A stretch of DNA of 38,900 bases from a virus (taxonomy: Duplodnaviria; Caudoviricetes). This document shows, piece by piece, positions 34,710 to 38,900 of the stretch (positions are counted from its first letter, which is position 1; each line of letters opens with the position of its first letter). The DNA lies in the IMG/VR virus record IMGVR_UViG_3300020045_001438, positions 1-38,900 of that record. One strand, 5' to 3'. The position numbers were made by a program, and so were the translations under genes. Under the pieces are notes generated by a model, which had not been told where the DNA came from, did not search any database, and worked only from the letters and a program-made list of their open reading frames with translations.

Positions 34710-35338
34710 GCTTTCTCCAGAACAGAAAGAAGTTGTTGGTGGACCCACTTGCTTGCAGGACTGTTAGCATCCATACCTTCAGGATGCCATTGGATGGCGA
34801 AGCCCTTAATCTTGGGGTAGAACACTGCCTCAGGCTCACAAGGAACCTCAACAGAGCGGTGCTCGTCAATGTAATGGCGGCTGCGCCGTGCCTTGCTCCA
34901 AGCCAGCAACTTATGATCGACCTCCCAAGGAGCCATCATCTGGTGGTGGATGGAATTGACCTTGACAACCTTACCGTCGGCTGTTTTAATGTCATGATGA
35001 CCAAGGTGGTCAGTAACGTCTTGAATGAGGTAGCCGCCAGCAGCAGCACACAACATCTGAGCGCCACGACAAATACCAAAGACGGTAATATTCTTCTTAA
35101 TTGCTTCTTGCAACAAAGCCCATTCAAGCTCGTCACGGCGGCTTGGTTGTGGGCCGGCATGGGTTTCCTTACTCACTGCACGATTGTACAGCGAGGGGGA
35201 AATGTCAGCCCCGCCATGGAGAATGAGGATACCGGGGGCATCAAGTTCCTCAGGCTCAGAGACAACAACTTGTTGAGCATCGCGGAACCACAAACTCAGA
35301 GGGTAGTGGTCATTGTAAAGGGCGGAATAGAGTTTCAT
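34706..35338 (-). CDS. Class I glutamine amidotransferase / peptidase C26 (PuuD-like gamma-glutamyl hydrolase)
   Basis: 'HGGADISP.LY', nucleophile elbow 'GICRGAQ', 'VNSIHHQ' and 'IQWHPE'. Confidence 0.9.
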   Translation of the reverse strand: MKLYSALYNDHYPLSLWFRDAQQVVVSEPEELDAPGILILHGGADISPSLYNRAVSKETHAGPQPSRRDELEWALLQEAIKKNITVFGICRGAQMLCAAAGGYLIQDVTDHLGHHDIKTADGKVVKVNSIHHQMMAPWEVDHKLLAWSKARRSRHYIDEHRSVEVPCEPEAVFYPKIKGFAIQWHPEGMDANSPASKWVHQQLLSVLEKA

Positions 35339-35613
35339 ACTGGGAGAATACCTTTGGTAGAGATTGAGAATTGGGCTGCGGGACCGGGCTGTGTCTTGTA
35401 GCCAGTGGTCACTTCAAAGGGAATGACAAGCACTCCGGGGTTTCTTTCTGCCAACTCAACTGCCAACACCATTTGTTGACCAGCATCATGACAGAAGAAC
35501 ACTTCAGGGGGGCGTGTTTCCCCTGTTTGGCCGTTCATCTGGCCGTAAGCACGCCGAGTGGCATACTCATTGAGGTTGTTCTCACGGTAGAGAGCAAGTC
35601 CAAAGCGGTTCAT
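35335..35613 (-). CDS. Hypothetical protein
   Basis: 92 aa, ATGA-coupled on both sides. Confidence 0.65.
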   Translation of the reverse strand: MNRFGLALYRENNLNEYATRRAYGQMNGQTGETRPPEVFFCHDAGQQMVLAVELAERNPGVLVIPFEVTTGYKTQPGPAAQFSISTKGILPV

Positions 35614-35885
35614 TTAATCACCTTAATTTGTTTAGCGGCACATGCCGACAATTTACCATCACCAAAGTCAACATAGATGAATTGTGGGCTGTTACCATTC
35701 CACATCACAACTTCAGAAAACTCAGTAACTATGTCAACAATTGTTCCGAATTTGTTGCTTCCTTTCAACCTTACTCGCCGACCAGCATTGCCCCGGAAGG
35801 TGAGCATTTGTCGTTCAAAGATTTGCTCACGCTGACTCTTTGAGGAGTCGGATTGCTTCTGCGAGGTTAGCCTGTAGCTGAACAT
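35610..35885 (-). CDS. Hypothetical protein, SH3/KOW-like beta pattern
   Basis: 'GRRVRLKGSNKFGTIVDI...IYVDFGDG'. Confidence 0.6.
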   Translation of the reverse strand: MFSYRLTSQKQSDSSKSQREQIFERQMLTFRGNAGRRVRLKGSNKFGTIVDIVTEFSEVVMWNGNSPQFIYVDFGDGKLSACAAKQIKVIK

Positions 35886-36279
35886 TTGAATCGGCCTCTG
35901 CCTGTTGCTGCTCGGTGAGAGCAGTGAAGTTTACATGACTGTCGTATCTTGGGTAGAAATACTCCAATGGTTTCGTTGAGTTGAGGGCCACCACCAAGAA
36001 AATCTTGGGCTGGTTGAGATGGTCAATCGTCAGGGCTTTATGATCGTCCTGAAAACCTGCCACATACGTCAGATGTTCTGGCAATGATGCAGGATTGTTA
36101 CCCTTATAGGTGAGAAACTGACCCACCTTAAATTGTGCTGCCTCAATGGCTGCCTTCAAACCATCTGCTGTGGTGTGGCAACTAATGCCGATGTTGTCAA
36201 CAGGCCGGGGGCGAGGCCCGCTTGCAGTGGTGAGGGCATACACCGGCACTGGTGTATTAACAATCTTAAATGCAAGCAT
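35827..36279 (-). CDS. Hypothetical protein
   Basis: 150 aa, TAATG-coupled. Confidence 0.65.
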   Translation of the reverse strand: MLAFKIVNTPVPVYALTTASGPRPRPVDNIGISCHTTADGLKAAIEAAQFKVGQFLTYKGNNPASLPEHLTYVAGFQDDHKALTIDHLNQPKIFLVVALNSTKPLEYFYPRYDSHVNFTALTEQQQAEADSNVQLQANLAEAIRLLKESA

Positions 36280-36584
36280 TACAGAAAGCCCTTCAGAATA
36301 TTAATATCTTGCGGACCACCCCAAACATCTTGCTGCTTCAGGAAGTAGAGAATGTCTCGCTTCAGCAACACATGGGGCTCGGATGCTTGGGCCACAGTGC
36401 GGCCAGTGGCACGACAGAATTGATCGTTCTTGGAGCACGTTGCAATGCGCAAGACACACTTGGACTCGTCACCATCAACAGGGGTGATGTAGAGCGTGTG
36501 GCCTCGCGGGTCTTTGCGAGGGTGCCACGGGCCGTTCCAGTGAGCAGAACGATTAATGTGAATAAAAAACGGCTTGAAGGACAT
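36279..36584 (-). CDS. Hypothetical protein
   Basis: Start reset to MSFKPF. Contains 'ATCSKNDQFCRATGRTVA'. Confidence 0.65.
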   Translation of the reverse strand: MSFKPFFIHINRSAHWNGPWHPRKDPRGHTLYITPVDGDESKCVLRIATCSKNDQFCRATGRTVAQASEPHVLLKRDILYFLKQQDVWGGPQDINILKGFL

Positions 36585-36585
36585 A

Positions 36586-36792
36586 TTATGCCTCGATGGT
36601 TTGGTAGTGTTGAGAAAGAACAATGTTGTTGCGAATGGCAGTCACTTGTTCAGCCGTCAGACGAATGCCGTCAACGTGCCAAAGAATGCCATTGGTGCGG
36701 AATGCATGATCGACCTGAATGCGGGTGTGGTTGTCCCATCCCTCACCAGAATATACATCGAACATCCCATTAATGTGTCGAATAACTCGCAT
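36586..36792 (-). CDS. Hypothetical protein
   Basis: 68 aa with 'FDVYSGEGWDNHTR'. Confidence 0.65.
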   Translation of the reverse strand: MRVIRHINGMFDVYSGEGWDNHTRIQVDHAFRTNGILWHVDGIRLTAEQVTAIRNNIVLSQHYQTIEA

Positions 36793-36795
36793 AAT

Positions 36796-36984
36796 TTACT
36801 TATTTTGTGAGAGAGGAACTTGGTGAATCGCACCACACACAGTACAAGACACAGGGATGCTCACCCCATTGTGCTTCAGTTTGGGCACAGCAACACGAAC
36901 ACCTTCTCCATACGTCTTATCTTGGAAAGACGCAGCGTCACCACTACGAGTGGGAACACATTTGCATTTGACCTTAGCAGTCAT
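36796..36984 (-). CDS. Small Zn-ribbon protein
   Basis: 'CKC...FQDKTYG.GVRV...CTVCG', RBS AAGGA. Confidence 0.7.
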   Translation of the reverse strand: MTAKVKCKCVPTRSGDAASFQDKTYGEGVRVAVPKLKHNGVSIPVSCTVCGAIHQVPLSQNK

Positions 36985-37035
36985 TTATTTTCCTTAATCA
37001 CTATGTGGAAACGAATGTTTCTTTAAACATAGAAG

Positions 37036-37056
37036 GGAGAGCACAGAATGCTCTCC
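37036..37056 (-). terminator. Intergenic hairpin, possible terminator or processing site
   Basis: GGAGAGCA-N5-TGCTCTCC 8-bp stem just after the stop of 37066..37404. The T-tract is imperfect. Confidence 0.45.
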
Positions 37057-37065
37057 GTTATATGC

Positions 37066-37404
37066 TTATTTATTTGGCTTGGGTAGTTGACTGTCAATCC
37101 ACGCTTCAATGGCTTGCATGGCCTTGTTACCCATCCTGCTTTCCATTGCCTGCTCACCAAGCTCTGATGCAGCAATGGCATACATCGTACTTTTTGAGGG
37201 AAGAAGGGTTGAGAAAAATATCAGCAACGGCCCGAGAGTGAGGGTGAGGTAGAGGGGCCACTTTGTTCGACCACTAGTATCTTGATAGACAAACACTGCA
37301 CCCAATGTGCCAAATGATGAGATTAAAAATCCCATGAATATGGCCGCCACGCCCAAGCTGTTCAACACCTCAGCCAGATATAGAAACCAAGACAAATTAT
37401 TCAT
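37066..37404 (-). CDS. Membrane protein (two predicted TM segments)
   Basis: 'WFLYLAEVLNSL', two hydrophobic stretches, 'LLPSKSTMYAIAASELGE'. Confidence 0.75.
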   Translation of the reverse strand: MNNLSWFLYLAEVLNSLGVAAIFMGFLISSFGTLGAVFVYQDTSGRTKWPLYLTLTLGPLLIFFSTLLPSKSTMYAIAASELGEQAMESRMGNKAMQAIEAWIDSQLPKPNK

Positions 37405-37405
37405 A

Positions 37406-37708
37406 TTAAACCTCGTGAGTTACCCAAGTGTCATCAATCCAACGGATGAAACTCTTATCTTTTTGTGTTGGGTTGATTAATGCAATATTTGTACAAAGGG
37501 CAACCCTATAGTTGTCCTCCAGTTTCCAAATATATCGGCGATAGGGGATGGTGAGGCTGGGCTCAGGTTTCACCCGATACTCGCTGGTTGTCGTCCAGCA
37601 CGGGGATGAACCTCCATGTGCAATGTCTATCCAGTTTCCTCGGTATTTGTATTGAATTTGAGCACCATCTGCCCAAGCCTTAATAACTTCTGCATGAACG
37701 TGTTTCAT
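37406..37708 (-). CDS. Hypothetical protein
   Basis: Start reset to MKHVHAEVIKAWADG (AGGA upstream), because the longer ORF runs into the tRNA. Confidence 0.7.
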   Translation of the reverse strand: MKHVHAEVIKAWADGAQIQYKYRGNWIDIAHGGSSPCWTTTSEYRVKPEPSLTIPYRRYIWKLEDNYRVALCTNIALINPTQKDKSFIRWIDDTWVTHEV

Positions 37709-37747
37709 ATTTATTCCTATTAATGTGCCTTTGTAATCAAAGGCGGT

Positions 37748-37822
37748 TGGCCGGTCTGGAGGGAATCGAACCCCCATTAGCGGAATAGAAAGCCGCAGTA
37801 TTTTCCATTATACGACAGACCG
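37748..37822 (-). tRNA. tRNA-Arg (anticodon UCU)
   Basis: Acceptor CGGTCTG/CAGACCG, discriminator G, encoded CCA. D arm GTAT-AATGGAAA-ATAC with A20. Anticodon arm GCGG(C)-TTTCTAT-(T)CCGC. T arm GGGGG-TTCGATT-CCCTC. Confidence 0.88.
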
Positions 37823-37833
37823 ATGATCGACCC

Positions 37834-38208
37834 TTATTCCCAAGAGTCCACAATTTCACGCTTCACAACCACACCATCTTCTTTTCTGGTGTAGACACGG
37901 AAGCCAGCCTCACTCTTGTCTCTTTGGCTAAGCGCAAGCTCTTCTGTTTTGTATTCACTTCCCGTGGTGCAGCGCACCGGGTAAATATTCTGCCACGTTT
38001 CCTCGACAACAGGGAGGTTTTTCAGGCGAATATTGCCTCCAGCCTCAGCACCAGTGTCATCAAAATAACAGGCAGCGCATTCCTGTTCACCGTCGTGGTA
38101 TGCAATGATGATGGGATATTTACGGCCCTCTACTTTGCCCAAAACACGGGCAGGGTATTCTTTTCCACTGAAGGAAATAAACACAAATGGTTTGGTAATA
38201 TCGAACAT
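37834..38208 (-). CDS. Hypothetical protein
   Basis: 124 aa, RBS AAGGA, 'FDITKP...G...ARVL...YPII'. Confidence 0.7.
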   Translation of the reverse strand: MFDITKPFVFISFSGKEYPARVLGKVEGRKYPIIIAYHDGEQECAACYFDDTGAEAGGNIRLKNLPVVEETWQNIYPVRCTTGSEYKTEELALSQRDKSEAGFRVYTRKEDGVVVKREIVDSWE

Positions 38209-38217
38209 TTTATTTCC

Positions 38218-38502
38218 TTAATAGGTGAGGGTTGCCTTGGCGTGGAGGGTGAGGCGTTCCGGGGCATAGTGGTTGTCATAAACACAGCGCAGCATGGGGA
38301 AATGCTTTTCTGGTTCCTCTTTCCATGACACAACCATAACTTCCATGGTGCGTGGTGCGACACGATAGTCAAGCTCTTCCCAATTAAAATTTGGTTGGAG
38401 TGCTTTCGTCCAGAGCTTACCATCAAGGTGCCTCACCTCAATCTTCTCACCACGTTCTGCTGCCTGCATGACAGCAATTTTCTCAGCCAGAGTTTTAGCC
38501 AT
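38218..38502 (-). CDS. Hypothetical protein
   Basis: Start reset to MAKTLAEKIAVMQAAERGEKIE. Contains 'PNFNW...YRVAP'. Confidence 0.7.
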   Translation of the reverse strand: MAKTLAEKIAVMQAAERGEKIEVRHLDGKLWTKALQPNFNWEELDYRVAPRTMEVMVVSWKEEPEKHFPMLRCVYDNHYAPERLTLHAKATLTY

Positions 38503-38710
38503 GATCGACCCTTGTGTCAAGGCGGTTGTAAAGGTGTTCTTCACACAGCGTTCCCACTGCGGAGAGCAAATCGTTGGAGACAAGGTTGATGCCATCACAC
38601 ATAGCCAGCTTGTCTTTCGCTGCAACTAGCAACTCTTGCAGGGAGAAGGCAGCAATTGGCTTCTGTTCAACGGAGAAGGCAACGCGGGCAGGCTTGTCAC
38701 TTGGAAGCAT
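38495..38710 (-). CDS. Hypothetical protein
   Basis: Start reset to MLPSDK (AGGAG upstream), overlapping both neighbours. Confidence 0.55.
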   Translation of the reverse strand: MLPSDKPARVAFSVEQKPIAAFSLQELLVAAKDKLAMCDGINLVSNDLLSAVGTLCEEHLYNRLDTRVDHG

Positions 38711-38888
38711 TCTTAATCTCCTTAATTGCTTGGAGGGCTTCTTCCTTGGTGGCGTAACCCCCAAAGGTGCGGAAGTGAAACCACCGACCAAGCCAGCGGT
38801 TCCAATAGACACGGCGAAGCGTCCACGTTCTCGCTTCAATATGCCAGCCAGTTGCATTGGCCGGATAGACAGCGCGGTGATTAAACAT
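38697..38888 (-). CDS. Hypothetical protein
   Basis: 63 aa, starts right after a TAATA, with 'GGYATKEEALQAI'. Confidence 0.6.
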   Translation of the reverse strand: MFNHRAVYPANATGWHIEARTWTLRRVYWNRWLGRWFHFRTFGGYATKEEALQAIKEIKNASK

Positions 38889-38900
38889 TATTAAATGTCC

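Larger units (their letters stand above)
10133..38510 (+). repeat. Dispersed 9-mer TGATCGACC, eight copies in one orientation
   Basis: Starts at 10133, 22096, 27517, 33637, 34914, 36707, 37824 and 38502. Found by eye, and no reverse-complement copy was noticed. Confidence 0.75.

Noticed and set aside
29298-36810. Long + strand ORFs antisense to the early genes (e.g. 32130..32804, 34682..35401, 29895..30449)
   Set aside because: They are shadows of well-supported - strand genes, with no recognisable motifs or RBS.
37748-37822. Amber suppressor tRNA (CUA) implying genome recoding
   Set aside because: Symmetric folding centres UCU, Arg identity elements are present, and genes in the window are not interrupted by in-frame TAG.
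1-38900. CRISPR array, integrase/att site, phage RNA polymerase or sigma factor, reverse transcriptase/DGR
   Set aside because: No regularly spaced repeats or corresponding protein motifs were seen in this window. They could lie outside it.

Overview
The window is the right half of the late region plus the replication and early regions of a tailed dsDNA phage with a short-tailed (podovirus), phiEco32/PaP3/LUZ24-like gene organisation. The host cannot be read from the sequence. The + strand (1-12211) encodes head-tail joining proteins, two tail fibre/spike proteins, three probable ejection proteins and an M15-type endolysin. It ends at a bidirectional terminator. The - strand (38900 to 12241) encodes many small early genes, a tRNA-Arg(UCU), a peptide/amide-ligase cluster (C26 amidotransferase, COOH-NH2 ligase, amidoligase, class II GATase, ATP-grasp), primase, helicase, a split family-A DNA polymerase, SSB, exonuclease, nucleotide-metabolism genes (deaminase, ThyX, MazG-like, class II RNR) and several HNH endonucleases. 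The most notable items are: (1) two group I introns with recognisable splice junctions, one in the helicase gene and one in the polymerase gene; (2) a +1 frame break (GTT TAA G) inside polymerase motif A that separates the catalytic Asp from the rest of the subunit; (3) a 1624-aa virion protein with an ADP-ribosyltransferase-like insert and a cluster of beta-clamp-type motifs; (4) a 9-mer, TGATCGACC, found eight times on one strand only; (5) an amide-ligase cluster flanked by an intact and a split copy of a 'CCG' protein. All family assignments come from reading motifs by eye, not from database searches.
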